Origin: Ramazzottius varieornatus
Taxonomy: Eukaryota > Animalia > Tardigrada
Length of the DNA stretch: 64,000 nt
Reading direction: 5' to 3'
Assembly (NCBI GenBank): GCA_001949185.1
Contig: BDGG01000008.1
Span: forward strand, 806,001-870,000
The stretch's first letter is position 1; every line of letters starts with the position of its first letter. Made by a program: the position numbers and the translations under genes. The notes beneath the pieces were generated by a model. It searched no databases. It saw only the letters and a list, made by a program, of their open reading frames with translations, and was not told the origin of the DNA. Below are positions 37,164-58,426 of the stretch, one piece after another.

Positions 37164-39564
37164 CTAATTTGCCGGATCTTGTTGATCGTAGGATACGCAT
37201 AAGTAAAGAACAAGGAAGACAGTTAGGATTGCCAGAGTAAAAACGGTCAAGAGGATCCTATCCATGGTCACTGCCACCATATTTTGCCACGAAGTGGTCA
37301 GCTCATGTACATATTGCAGGTGAGTTATCCTCCGTTCGCTCTTGTCAATCATTTCACAAACAGAGTTCAAAATCTTGCTCAAACGTTTCTCGAATACATC
37401 TAGGTCTGTCCGATAGTGATTGAGGAACTTCGGTGCTGCGGACTGCTGGAACCCATGCCTTCCTCGTCGGAGGGGACTCGTCACCTTCTTTAATGGAGAT
37501 GCCGGTTTCGGGCGAGTACGTTCCCCGAAGTGTCTGTTGAAATCTTTGTTGTCCAGATCCTCACGGACCAAGTCTGTTCTTTCGTTTACAGGGTTCTCCA
37601 GTGACGTTGACCGCACCAGTTCAACGGGGACTTTCTTCTTGAACAACGATAAGAGCTTGAGCACTGCCGGAAGCTTCTGTCCTCGAGAGCCTCGATAGTG
37701 TAAGTTGAGAGTCCACACTTGTACTCCGGTAGCCAAGCTCACGAAGAGCATACTGATGACGTAGTAGAGAGCTGTTATGGATGGAAACAGCACAAGTGTT
37801 TATCTTCGATGATTCTTGAATATTTCTGTACTCTTTTTGCAGATTGGAACTTACAGATGAGCGGGATGTTCAAGGCCGTCGGTGGCATCACTTCACCGAC
37901 AGTGAAAAAGAACAAGACCAAGGAAAGAAGAACCTAGAAAGGTAGACCATTTCAGCCTTTGATTGGATTTTGGACAAGAAAAATGGGAGTCGACAGACAA
38001 ACTCGAGCGCGTTCTGTTTTACGATGTGGCGCACGGCTTCGGTGTTTTCGATCAGAAGGGTGCGTCACTTGATAAAACGATGGTTGTCGAGTTTTTCTGC
38101 AGAGGTTCCAGATGATACACTTGTGAAGTCGTACCTTGATATCCAGGAATACTTTTTCAGAGCATTCTCCGGGAAGGACGAATCCCAGAAGGACGAAGAA
38201 AGTGGCTCCAAAGCAGGGTATCAGGTATGTGAAGACATAGAATAATGGTCTTCTGCGCATCACCAATGAGATAGTTATCTGTGGATGGGGAGCCGTTCCT
38301 GAGAAAGTACAGTAATTACGTCCAGTGATAGACGTAAATTGATTTAGATTGCTGTACTATGGAGCGTAGATGCTTACGGATAGTCGATCTATTGTAGACA
38401 ACGAGGTCGGTGTGAGCTGTCATCGACATGAGGTCCCATTCGCCGCTCCTGACATACGAGCTGAGGTCTCCGTCCGCTGTGATGAGCATCAGGTTGAGTT
38501 CGTCCGCATTGTAAGTCCAACTCGCAAACTGTAAATCACGTAAGCTGTAGACATCGATACTTCATTGGAAAGTCAAGTCTTAGCGTATAGAAGAGCTTCG
38601 AGGACCTTCAGCTGGCATTTCTGCTGGTCAAAGGGGAAGTTTCGAACGTCCAGCTCGCAGGTACTTTTGAAGATGCTGGATATTAGCCAGGTAACATTCC
38701 TAAAAGTACGATACTTCGATATGATGATATGTATGATATTGATGCAGAGACAAAAAAGCAGTTATTTCATGTTGACTCTGTATATCCATGGTAGTGGAAA
38801 CTCCTACGAAAATTTACTAACCCGGTGTGATGGAGTATGACATTAGTGCTGATCGACCTCTGATAATACGCCGCATCTGCTCTGTAACGTCAAAACGGGT
38901 TAGTTATCTTTTATCCAAAGTTACCTCGCATGGGGACTAACGTGTTGAACAGGAGAATGTCGGGTTTCCAGATTTTCTCAACAGGGACAAGGAGTTGTGT
39001 TAGATTTTCAAATTGAACGGGATCCCACTTTAGCTTGTCGTCGACCCACATCAGGTTCAGCCAGCAGTTCGTTGTCAAAATTTGGTAGCGCTCATCCTGC
39101 AAGATTAATGGTTTGGCTTACAGACCACTGCCAATTCTATCAAGAGTTATCCAATGTAAAACGAGTACGAAAGTACAGCGGTGAAGTCCTACCAAGCTTA
39201 TAATCTGAGTAAGGGCCACGCCGAAAGTCACCGGAAGTATGTTTTTGTCCTGATGTCTCGGCCGTATATCCTTGTTGTATCCTATACACCGTAGAATGGC
39301 CAGATAGGTAAGAGGTGACCCAACGTCCTTCGCTCTAGTCATGGAAATACAACAGACTACAAACCTATGAGAATTTGTCGTTCCAACCTGTCTTCCAGGA
39401 GCCATGTTTTGTTAGGGGAAACAGTCCGAGGCAAACAAGCTAAAATGAAGTCTTAAAATAGAAAAGTCGTAAGCTGCTGTTTACTAATTATTTTTCGACC
39501 ACCTACCGATAAAAATAAGCCATCCTATGAGCGGAAGATCGAAGTCGGGACCACAGAAGAACAT
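37164..39564 (-). CDS. Nicotinic acetylcholine receptor-like subunit, non-alpha type (no loop C Cys-Cys), multi-exon
   Basis: EDRLERQILIGYNKDIRP, IWKPDILLFN, Cys-loop CELDVRNFPFDQQKC, ASWTY, MRRRPLFY, M1-M4. Confidence 0.9.
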
Positions 39565-40945
39565 GACGTAACATCCAAACAAAAATGGCGGCAGGTTTGC
39601 GGTCTGCACATAAGTTAGAAGCTGTCAGCGGATGTGCAGGCCATTAGCAATACAAGCAAACTGCTAGCTAGAGTAAATAATTACGCATCCCCAGGCTTGT
39701 GGGCAAAAACCAGGTTTTATCCGGTCGTTAAGCACAACTTTCCATGTAACCACATGTCTGATTGGATTTGATGGTGTTTTCCGGGGACTCACGTACATAC
39801 ATGCTCAGATGTTTGCTGGCTTTGCTGGTTAGCCAGGGAAATCACAGGCTGCCTGGACCGGATGGGCGTGTCCGCGCCATCCGACAGCCGATTCCGGGAG
39901 CTGATGACTCCAATCAAAATATGCTTCGAGGTCCTCCAGAAGCGATCCTTGTGTACTATAACAAGCTTGTCCACTAAATATATGTCCTAACGCTGCAGAG
40001 AGACCAAAGGGAGGAACCAGAGAACCATGACAGTTCCGCACTCCAGCTTCATTTCCGATTCTTTTCAATCACTATCCTCTGGTGGATGTCAGTCGATCTT
40101 CTATTCATTGCAAGTGCACTACATATAACCGATGAGGGCAGTAATGTGTCATCAGTCAACATCAAGTTCATCATCTGCAAGCACACTTCATTATCACGAC
40201 TTCCCGCTCACTTTCTTATACATATCCAAACTGGCGCACAGCGAGAAGTGCGAGCTTTCCCGGGCCGTCGTACGTCATGGGTCTTTCTTGCTTTTACGGG
40301 TACGAGTACTGAGTACACTATATGTGGACCACGCGCATAACGAAGTTAGCGTCTAACTAGGCCCAAACGAGGTCCTACAAGAATCTGCTGGGGAGCTAGT
40401 GGCAGCATCAAGGGATTTAGTGGGCTGAGAAATCGTAGCGTAACACAGCAGGACGTTGATCAATAAACGTTCAATTTACCAATCTGCAAATGGAAATTAA
40501 CTTGATAATGGAGTCGGTCGGTCGCTTTTTCATCCAGACGGGACTCGCGGCTTGGGCGTGGCCGAGAAAGTTGCCGACAGCCACGGTCCAATTTGTCGTC
40601 TGGCTCCATGAGTCACTAACTGGTATACAGTAATCTAGCTGCTAGTATACTTCGCGGAAAATGACCAAAGCTGTAACTGGCGGACTGAGCGATGATTCCC
40701 TACGTACGGCGAGCATCTTCAATCAGAGGTCACGGATTGGTCCTAGCGCAACTGAACGTCGTCGCGAACATACGGTAACATTTTCGCAGTTTGATCAGTG
40801 TACTTTTTGTCAAGAATTCCTACAACCGTTCCATTCACAATCACAATAGAATCCAACACTGGCTTCCAGGATGCACTGAGCAAAAACTTAGTTGTGAGTT
40901 TCCGGTACTGACGCCTTCATATTCTATACAGAGGCAAATAATTTC

Positions 40946-43900
40946 TCACTTCAATCGAGCGTGTGGGGCGGTGAAAAAGATATAGAAGGTAAAAAAGAAG
41001 GTAGCCGCAAGAAAGAGAAGTAGGAGAAACCTATCGAGGACTAAGGCCAGTTCTTGCCACTCCAAGCACAAACTGTCCTTCACATCCTGCTGCGACAGCC
41101 TCATCTCGTTCCTCTCGATCGACTGATACACCTTATTCAGTACACGAAGGAACTGTCTTTCAAAAGTGTCCAGGAAAGGATGGTTAAAGTTGTCTTCCGG
41201 TTGATAGTGCTCTTGTGCAAGCGGGACTGTATCGGGCTTGGTGCCTCGTGGATCGCGCTGGTTCAGCAGGGCCGATCCGTTAGGCTGAAGGTGCCTGTAC
41301 TCCGAGGCTTGATACGTACCCCGGTTTTGGTTGGAAATGGACATGCGCGTAGCTGGACGCATGAAGGCGTCGTCTGCTGGTGTCGTTACGGCATGCTGAC
41401 GGTACTGCTTGGAGGATCCGTCGATGTGGATGCACAGGACAGGCGCCATGTATCCCAGGACGAAAGTTTTCATGAACTGAGGCACTTTCTGACCTCGCGA
41501 ACCACGATGGTGCATGTTGAGAGTGAGGACCTGTAGGCTTTGACTCAACCATGACAAATATTTGGGAAGCCGGCAAACGAAACATGCAAGATACTTCAAG
41601 TGGCGCATGCTACAGGCCAATCACAATGGAGGCATGCGCCACTTGAGGTAACGATATGCAAGAGTACGTTTCGTTTGCCCATGTTGTTTTCTTTTAGACA
41701 CTAATGCATTTTCGTCCCATGTTTTAGTTGTTGGTTACCTGCACTGCAGTGGCCAGCGCCACCAAGAAGATCGTGACTCCATAATACAAAGCTACGCGTA
41801 CAAACGTGTTTCAGTTCGAGGTAATCAAGAGCGATTTGCGGGGAGTAACGTACCAATTAGCGGAAGGGCGTCCGCAGTGGGCGGCATGCTTTCTCCAACC
41901 TATATTTGACAGGCTTTAGCTCGAGGCTGGACATTATCGAGGTCCATACGCTTCGTAAACACCGTTATTCTTGGTTCATAAGTTTCGAGAGCTTACCATC
42001 ATGAGGAACACGGTCATGGATAGAAGAGTCGTAATACCCAGCGTAACCTAAAAGACTGTTTTGGTGACACCTTCCATCTTCATGTAACCCAGAAACACTT
42101 GCCGCACTTCACACTTACCTTTTCACCCGACTCGCTGGGCGTGTAAAATCCCAAAAAAGCTAGCACGGTGATGAGAGCACAAGGCATCAGGTAGTTGAAC
42201 ACGTAAAACAAGGGACGTCTTCGGATGATCAGGTTGATAGTTATGTCAGGATAGGGTTCAGCGCCTAAAATATAACCACATCATTATGGGCGAACTTTTT
42301 CGCCGGACACGCTGGGAAAGACAGATGAGCTTACAGCATGAGTAGAAAACCACGTTCCGCTTGGCCGTCCTGTAATGACTTTCTCGTCAGATTCGTTCAG
42401 TACGCAACTCTAAACAAATCTAAAAAAACGCTTACATGTTAATTAGATTCCACTCGCAGCTGGGCACGTAATTGCTGACATCTCCGACTTCGGTAGGAAT
42501 CACCAGGTCCTAAAATGCAGTTCATCTGTAACCCCTCGTTCGTAGAGTCACAAGAGTGAAATCAACGGATACCCCTAGGGACTGTTTACCCTGAAAAACG
42601 GTGAAAACTTACCACTTTGTATCCATCGTAGGTCCATGAGGCTACATGGAGAAATACAGCAAAATAAGCGTCAGCCGAGTGACGTCATCGCGGAACAGCG
42701 ATCTCGTGACCGTCAGCTTTCAGACCAGGGAGCAACTCCTTACCGAACTGCAGAAGAAAAAAGCCCAAGTCGCTACACAGTACTTTCGTATCAATCATTC
42801 ATCCATTGTTCGTATGAATAAGGCAGTTTGATTAATGAAATAGTAAAATTGATGATGGCTTTCGCGTAAGTCTGCCTTCCAGTCTAATTGTGGGATTTCA
42901 GCATCTTGCATGACTTCTACACTGGACAAAAATTTTCCCACAGACAGTCACTGCAAAGTGCAAAGACAAAGAGCTTTACACCCACCTTGAGGCTACAGTT
43001 TTGCTGATCAAATGGAAAGTATCGGACATCTGCAAAGGACTAAGTGATTTCTAACGGGAGAACCCAAATAGCATCCCAAACAGTTGGACATCAAACAGCA
43101 CAGTCAGTGATCCCTTACCAATTTCACACGAGCTCCGAAAGATCGTAGTAGCCAACCACGTCACATTGCTACAAAGCCAAAGCATTCGAGATGACAAAAC
43201 TTAAGATTACAGCAGGATGACCTGATTTGAATACCCGTCGAACTGGACGATCGCATTTGTGCTGATGATCTTATGATAGTAGTCCGAGTCCGCACTATGA
43301 AGAAAAATTTCTCAGTCAAATACCCATGATGGAATCGATAGCGGGTTGCGGTTATCGGAAAGTAAGGGAGACTTACTTGTTGTACAAAAGGAGATCTGTA
43401 ACAAGACCAAAATTATATGCAGACCCGGAAGTGATATGAAACGTTTGGTGCTACGACAGTCTGGTATGCGTGCGTCTGGTGAAGCTGCGTACCTGGCTTC
43501 CATATTTTCTCCGATGGTATCCTTATGGTGGTGATATTTCCAAAGTCGGCCGGATTCCATTTGAGGTTGTTGTCCATCCAGACTTGATTAAGCCAGCAAC
43601 TGCAACAGCGGCTGTTTAACCCGGAGGACCCAAAGCAACGTCACCGTATCTTGCCCGTTTCTACAACCCATCACTTACTTGGTAGTCATGATCTGATTTT
43701 TCTCGTCCTGAAGCAACAGAAGACTTCAATAAGCGTCGATCTTGTTTAATTTGCGAGATGGCGCATTATGCTCTTCTTTCTCCTAAGTCAGTATCGATCT
43801 CAGGTAAAGTCCACATCGACCGCGTGCCTTCGACCGGTAAGAATAATGAGCTTGTTTCTCCGGGATTACTCTTCTTGAAATACACTCGGACCCGCTTAAT

Positions 43901-45915
43901 CGAACATTTATGGACTAATAGACAAGATACCTCCAGCTGATCAAACGTATTGAGCCTTGAATCCAACCGCTTGAACGTTTTAACACCGCAGGTGTGAAAA
44001 CATCGGATGACTCGGACCATTCGGTGGATTCTTGTTATATGGTATCATTGATCGTCCACACGTCGACGAGAAGAATTGGGGATAAAATTAGATCGTTTCC
44101 AATCTATGCAGCGTCTTTGGCCGTATTTGAGTTTATTTTGACTCTTAGTTTCTGGAAAATTGAACCAAACCGTCATCTCAAGTCCCGCATTGATATTTGA
44201 GCGGAGGTGTGCGCCACTTGGGAGAACGATCTGGTTCAAATAATTCTTCCACGTCCCAAATGTTGATCATAAAGTGTCCTTGTGGACAGGGGAGTCTGCG
44301 GAGCAGGAAATTGGTGGAGTTTTGTTTCCAACTCGCCCATTATTTTACCAAGAATACGGCCTTCGACAATTGATCGGGAAGGGTACCGCGTACGCGTCGT
44401 TACGAGCGGAAGCGGCCTATTCTTTACGCGTAGAGAAAGGGCAGAGCCATTTGGCCTACTTGCTCAAGAATATTAATGCAAATTGAATTAGAAACTGGTC
44501 CAAGAACCCCCACAATGTAACTCCTTTCGATAGACCGGGTCGTATCTGCGTCACGATCTAGCGAAATTTTCTTTGCACTTCGCGGCCTCAAGGGACCTTT
44601 TTCTGTCCATCGTTCGTTGGAAAGGCCTCGTTCATAAGTGTGCAATGATTACTGATACAAACTCACCACGTCGATGAGCTGCGTCAACGCCATTCCGAAA
44701 GTGACCGTCAGCGGTTCCGTGTGATTCTTGGCCGGACGGACCGCGCTGTTGTAATCTGCAACAGTGCAGAGCATTATCATTGAGCAGCAATGGTGCAATT
44801 AACAAGCCATTTGCTTAGACTGGGAACTCGTTCAACAAGCGCATCGTCTTCAACAGAAAATTTCGCTTGGAAAATTTCGAGGAACCATTGCTGCTTTCGA
44901 AACCCATCTAACCACAGACGACGGTCATGGTGGACAGCTACGTACTTTCCAGTAAGTAATCCATTAACCGATACTCGTGCTCATCCGCTCCGGCTTGGCG
45001 AGCTACAACGAATCAAAGCTTCGTCATTTGCTGGCCGAGAACCCATTACGACAACAAATGAGATCCTTCCAGTCAATGGAAATATCTCCCTCAAAGACAA
45101 GACTCATCAGAAAACATTCCGGTGCATACCGACGAACGTTTGACAACTTCCGCTTGACCATATAGCAACCCATATCAACAGCAAGAAAACTTTGGCCATA
45201 TCGCACACGGTCAACAAAATTCATTGAAGTTACAGCAAAACGAGGGCCCGATCTGTTGGGGACGACCTATGGGCGAAAAGCTCCAAGACCACGAATATTC
45301 GTGGCCAAGTCGAATGATGAGTTTTGAGATACCGCAATATCAAAACAATAGGACAGCTGAAAAAAGGAGTGTGTGCGTCTCTCGATATTCTTTTCCGGTG
45401 GAACAGGATGAGCGGGTAGGCTGTTGAGCGCTCAGAGAAAAAGGGAATGAATGAGCATTGCCACTTGACAAGTCACATCTCCCTCTTATATGCACAAGGC
45501 CCATAGGCGGAAAGTACCACACAGCCCCACAGAACAGGAAACATATGTTGCGAAAACACGGAAATCAATGCAGGCTGAAAAATACCTAAAGACTCATGAC
45601 CATCTTATCTGATCGCCAAATGTCCCCCCCCCCCAAACCAAAACAGTCCCATCAATGCGTCTATTCCAGAAAACTCGGCATCGTACGTACAGCAACTTTA
45701 TGCCTCCTGTACGCACTTGCTTACTATGCCGATCGAAAGTAATTTATCTGACAGTAAATTGAGTTTTCTTTTTCAAGTATGGTCAAGATTGTTGTCTGGA
45801 ACGGTTTACTTAAAAAATTTGATGATCCTGGTCTTTCTGACGTCTCACCTCCAGCTATGATGACTGTTCCCATGAAGAGCGCTAGACTAAGGCCAGAGTA
45901 TTGCCGAACTGTCAT
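40946..45915 (-). CDS. Nicotinic acetylcholine receptor alpha subunit (alpha9/alpha10/alpha7-like clade), many small exons
   Basis: Signal peptide, [18 protein letters not shown], Cys-loop [15 protein letters not shown], loop C YSC|[28 protein letters not shown]. Confidence 0.93.
41564..41680. mobile_element. Intronic palindromic element, copy 9
   Basis: TCAAGTGGCGCATGC/GCATGCGCCACTTGA perfect stem; GGCAAACGAAAC/GTTTCGTTTGCC; intron 41531-41738. Confidence 0.85.
42744..42747 (-). other. 4-nt microexon (TTCG) of the alpha nAChR gene
   Basis: Minus strand ttttttcttctgcag|TTCG|gtaagg; restores frame and K-F-A-S-W-T-Y. Confidence 0.8.
44154..44250. mobile_element. Intronic palindromic element, copy 10
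   Basis: TTGAACCA...CTCAAGTCCCGCA...TGTGCGCCACTTGGGAGAACGATCTGGTTCAA. Confidence 0.7.
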
Positions 45916-47191
45916 ACTGTTCAAGTCTCTCGGATCGGCATGGCGGAAGCTTTCCCATCCCTCGCATAGAGTTCCAATGCAGGAAGCCTAAACAAATCAC
46001 AATCCATAAAGTATCGGCAAACATTGCGACATTTTACTAACTGATCCCCAGTAAAATTAATGGGTTCATAAGAAAAACATTCCAGAAGCCTGATCATATC
46101 AAGCGGAACCCATCAGTTTTACGCGATATGCCATCTCAAGAAGACAAGAGCAATATGTCACATGCCAGAAAGAAACCCAGTCCACATTAGCCGCAGCCGG
46201 AAGGAGGCGAATGTTTGTTTCTTTTCTGTAAAACTTCGATCTTGTATTGTGCTTACTTGTAGGGAAGGTCGGCTGTATCAGATTCTGCCCAAGAACCGGA
46301 AGTGCCAAGGCAAACACCATTCCGGCTTTCAAAGACGCACATCGCCGCAATGAAGAACCTCGGCTAGCTCTTTATTAACCGACCGATGGCAGTCGTCATC
46401 GATCTGGAAAGATGAAGAAAAAGCAGATGAGCAGCGGGAACTCATGTGTAAAACAGACATACGATAGGGGACGAGCCGTAATAGTGTTAAGGATACAGAG
46501 TGTATCGGCGGCAGTTTCCCCACCAATCACATCTCATCTCATGGCTATATAGAGAGTGTTCCAGACCAGTGGATACACTGCCGCTAATGTTGCGACACGA
46601 TCGACTTTGAATTTTCTGAAATCAATTGGGGCCGCAGTATTCCGTCGGCTGAACGATTATGTTCAATTTTCCCATCCCGCGTTTCTGGCTCCGGAGGAAG
46701 ACCGGAAGAACTTGCGACCGCGCATCATCGGCGCACAGTGCGTGCTTACAGTGAATCATCGTCTTGTTACACTGGCAAACCCATGTCGAGGACTCCAATG
46801 CCTAACGGTCAGACAATCGACAGTAATTTCTAGGCCTCGGTCGACTGCTGACGCAAGCCAGTTCATGTCAAGTGGGGTTTTGAGACGCAGAAAGGTATCA
46901 GACTTCAGTGTACGTATCCAAAGAGGGAATCCTAGTTCGAAACCTCTTTTGGGTCCCCTCTTTGACGATTCCCAAGAGCTTTCTTTAGTGAGGGAACGAT
47001 CATCGAGTGCCGAGCAGACAACTGAAGAGGTTTTTCTCTCGAGAACTCATGCATGTATTCATGCGACGCATAATTACCCCGTTTGATTGACGCCGTCGAT
47101 GACTGACAAGTGGCGATCCAAAGTGCGAACCTCCGCATTGGAGCTTTCCGGGCTTTTCTTTACGGTAAAGTTATCGACAATAATTGTACTT

Positions 47192-47263
47192 GGGTCAGTA
47201 GTCTAGGGGTATGATACCTGCTTTGGGTGCAGGTGGTCCGGGGTTCAATTCCCCGCTGGCCCC
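47192..47263 (+). tRNA. tRNA-Pro (anticodon TGG)
   Basis: 72-nt cloverleaf GGGTCAG/CTGGCCC, CCTGC-TTTGGGT-GCAGG, CGGGG-TTCAATT-CCCCG, TTTTT terminator at 47265. Confidence 0.93.
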
Positions 47264-48192
47264 GTTTTTAGCTCTCATAGACAAGTCCTCCCCAGACTTC
47301 CCTTGCAGTGGCTGAATGAACTTTTTCAACAGAAAACTCTCTGGACCGGTGCGTCCCATTCCGAATGGCGCAGAGAAGGAAAAGCCTTGCCCGTCCATCC
47401 CAGGATCGTTCGAGCTGTCCGTAAGTAGTCGTTTACAGCGCAATCTAAAGAAAGAAACCAGGTAAATACTCAGACGATTACACTGCCTAAAGGTGCGAAT
47501 CTCAAGAAGAAACTTCTACTGGGATACATCATGGTGCAAGTCCCGAAAATAGGATTAGGCCCCTACAAGTTCAACCGAACGTTCCATGACTTCCATCTAC
47601 CGGTTCCGACGGCACGCATGATCCCCCGGCACAGTTACGGTATCCTTCCTCCAGCGATAAGCCCCTAAACATAGAGTTCCTGTCTCCTGTCGTTAGATCT
47701 GAAAAAAGATAAAACGGGTACGATCACGCGAGTCAACATTGAACTCACTCAACCCAATGGTCAAGAAAACCAAAACAAATCGGGTCAACAGCACCCTTGA
47801 ACCGACCGGGCCGCAGTCCTACAACGGATTAGCCACAGCAGTTGCGAGTGCGTTATTTAGTCGAATCGAAAACGACATCCTGCAGTTCCTAATGATTGAT
47901 TGTTGATAACCGTGGATGGGAGGCCCGTGCTGCCTACGCAGCTTACCGGTCCGTCCATGCTGATCTGGTCCCGTAAGCTCGTGCATCAGCAACGCTGTCC
48001 GGGTCGCGTCTTGGGGAATTTAGGGCCTTCAGATTTTCCCCTCTCGAATAATGTTTTGAAGTTTTTTGTTTGTATAGTAGTAGTCTGGCAGTCTGCAAGT
48101 TCTTCTTCGTCTACGAGTCAGACTCCCGCTGGCAATGTTCTGTTGTTCTTGCAGCGTCGATTCTCAACTGAACGCGAATCTCTGTCTCACAG

Positions 48193-48588
48193 TTATCCTC
48201 ACGGCTTCGGATAAACAGCAAACACCCCAGCATGATCCATCTTCCTGGCAGTCGCGTGGAAATTAACAGCGACGCAGACTTCGAAGCATGCAAAAAGATA
48301 TACCTGGAACAGCGAGCGGCGGAGAAGCGGAAGAAGGAGGAAGAGGAGCGACGGAACAGGCCAGCTGACGCCCGGATAACACCAGAAGCAGAGTGCGCCA
48401 CTCCATCTAACACAGATAGTAAAGAGCCCGATGCTCACGGAAGACATCCTGCTGCACCATTGCGTCGAACGAAGAAACTGACTGGCATTACCTTAGATGG
48501 GACTCCTTCCCCAGCGAATTATACCGGTCCTGTAACGAGGCAAAGACAACGAGCGAGTCAAGCTGCTCAGACATCCTCCGACACGTAG
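48193..48588 (+). CDS. Probable last exon of an orphan charged protein
   Basis: Acceptor ctcacag, open frame with coiled-coil-like EQRAAEKRKKEEEERR; no family recognised. Confidence 0.35.
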   Translation, partial: LSSRLRINSKHPSMIHLPGSRVEINSDADFEACKKIYLEQRAAEKRKKEEEERRNRPADARITPEAECATPSNTDSKEPDAHGRHPAAPLRRTKKLTGITLDGTPSPANYTGPVTRQRQRASQAAQTSSDT

Positions 48589-49085
48589 CCAGACAGTACT
48601 CTCTGACGTAACTGTGGAGTGTAGAAGTATTCTTTTGGTTCTTCTGATCTGCTTCTCTTGTGTAAACTGTGATAAAATGTTCGTTACGAGCCCTTGACCG
48701 CCGTGTGTTATCACTGAGAAATACAGGGAAGAATTAGAATTCTTGATGAGGACTACGACGTCGACGAGTTACAGTTGATTCGCGGCTCGAAAGCTGCAAC
48801 CGGAAGTCATTTTGAAATCGGCCTGTATAAATTGCTCAAGTGAATCATCCATTTTATTTACCGATACAGCAATAGTAACCAGACCATGAGACAAAACGTG
48901 CTTCTGTGTACTCATAATAAAAACTAAAATAAATATAACCATTGTACGATCACACAGGGAACAGCGTATATCACAGCACGACGGAATGTTAAAACCTCAA
49001 CGTAAACTCAGTTTTGCTGTCGTATACATTGGCACAGACCAAGGAACCCGCGCCAGTTCCCTACCGTCCCTACTATATCAAATCC

Positions 49086-55800
<6,715 letters not shown>

Positions 55801-56502
55801 TTACATCTAAAAAGTGTCAGGAAAGATCCTCCAGGGAACCATTCCAGTACTTTTAGATCTTCCTCAGGAAAATCAAGGCACAGAACCTGGAAAGTGGGAA
55901 AGAAGCAGCTCCATTACAACCACACAGTCACAAGCAATCCACATCCCATCGCGCAAAGACAATTTTACGTACCTTTGTCCAACGCAAACACTTCCTACAC
56001 TTTCACAGGATCAACTGCAGAAGGAAGAAACATGGACATGATATACCTGAGATCCCCGAGTAGAAACGGGATGATCATGAATGGAATCAAGGGAATAGGG
56101 GATCTCATGATTCTCATTCAAGATCGGATCACTTCCTGTGCAGCGTGCCTGATGATGCGCCGTTTCTCGTCCATTGCACAACGCTGGATATGCACCGTTA
56201 ATGGATGCGCACCAAATCAGGTCACGTTGTGCCTTATGTCATGGAAATGACTGAACAATCAGATGAGGCAAGCACGTGGTGACCCGCTGAGTCTATGTGG
56301 CTCACGTGATGCGCCAACGCATGGCCAAGCCCTTTTGAATGATTCAATTGGGCCCATGGAAAAAAAATCATTAATTTGTTATATTTTCGTTTCAGAAGTT
56401 TTGCTAGACTTTATCGGAGGAGGACGCACGTTCATCTGGTCTGGATAACAACGGTCTTCTTTTACAGCCTCGACAGTATTAGCCGGAAGTGGAGATCAAG
56501 AG

Positions 56503-57623
<1,121 letters not shown>

Positions 57624-58426
57624 ACTTGTCCAAGCTGATTGTCGCCGGCTGTACGTCGAATTTACAGTTTTATTTTTTGAAACAGTCCTTGGAATCTGGT
57701 TGCTCGAAAGGAAGCTATGTCGCTGTCGATCATGATTCGCCTTTGCCTTGTTGTTCTTTTATGTTTTATTTGATATGTGGAATATTATTTTCGATGTTGA
57801 TGTTTCTATTTGAACGTGGTTTAATGATTTTATAGCTCTGATTTCTGTTTCGAACACAGTGCAATGCAAGGTAATGCAATGTCGCTTCTCCCGCCGCTCA
57901 GCTGAGGTCTCTTCCATTTTATGATAAAGCAGCACCTGATCGTTCGCCGTGTTCCTCTGGCTCGTAATTTCATTCGAACAAATCTCGAGAACTTCTGTCT
58001 ATTGACAACTCAGAAGCAGAGTCAGAAAGACTGGAATTTTCAATGGAGAAAACTTCCGCCTCACTTCCTTCTTGCGAAACAGCAACTTTCCTCTTCCTAC
58101 TCATTATGTTCGTGCGAGCTCGACCATACTTTACCAAAGGGCTTTGATTTGCCCATCTGCTATCACGAACCTGGCCTACAAATTCACCAGTTTCTTCTGC
58201 AAAGCACTCTGGGGAACAAAGGATCCTAGTATTGGACACAAACTTATTACTGGTAAACTGGCCATATCAGCAGCAAGCTCTAATAGCTTAACAAGAAACA
58301 AAAACCTTCTGCTACCATTGCAATGTGCTGTGGAAAGGACAAGAAAGAAAAACAAAGCCACCAAATCGAGTGTGAAAGAAGCATTCACAAAAAGTACCTT
58401 GAAGAACCTAATTTCTAGCTACCTCA

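Noticed and set aside
46556-47086. 176-aa ORF upstream of the nAChR
   Set aside because: Non-ATG start, no motifs, composition like non-coding DNA
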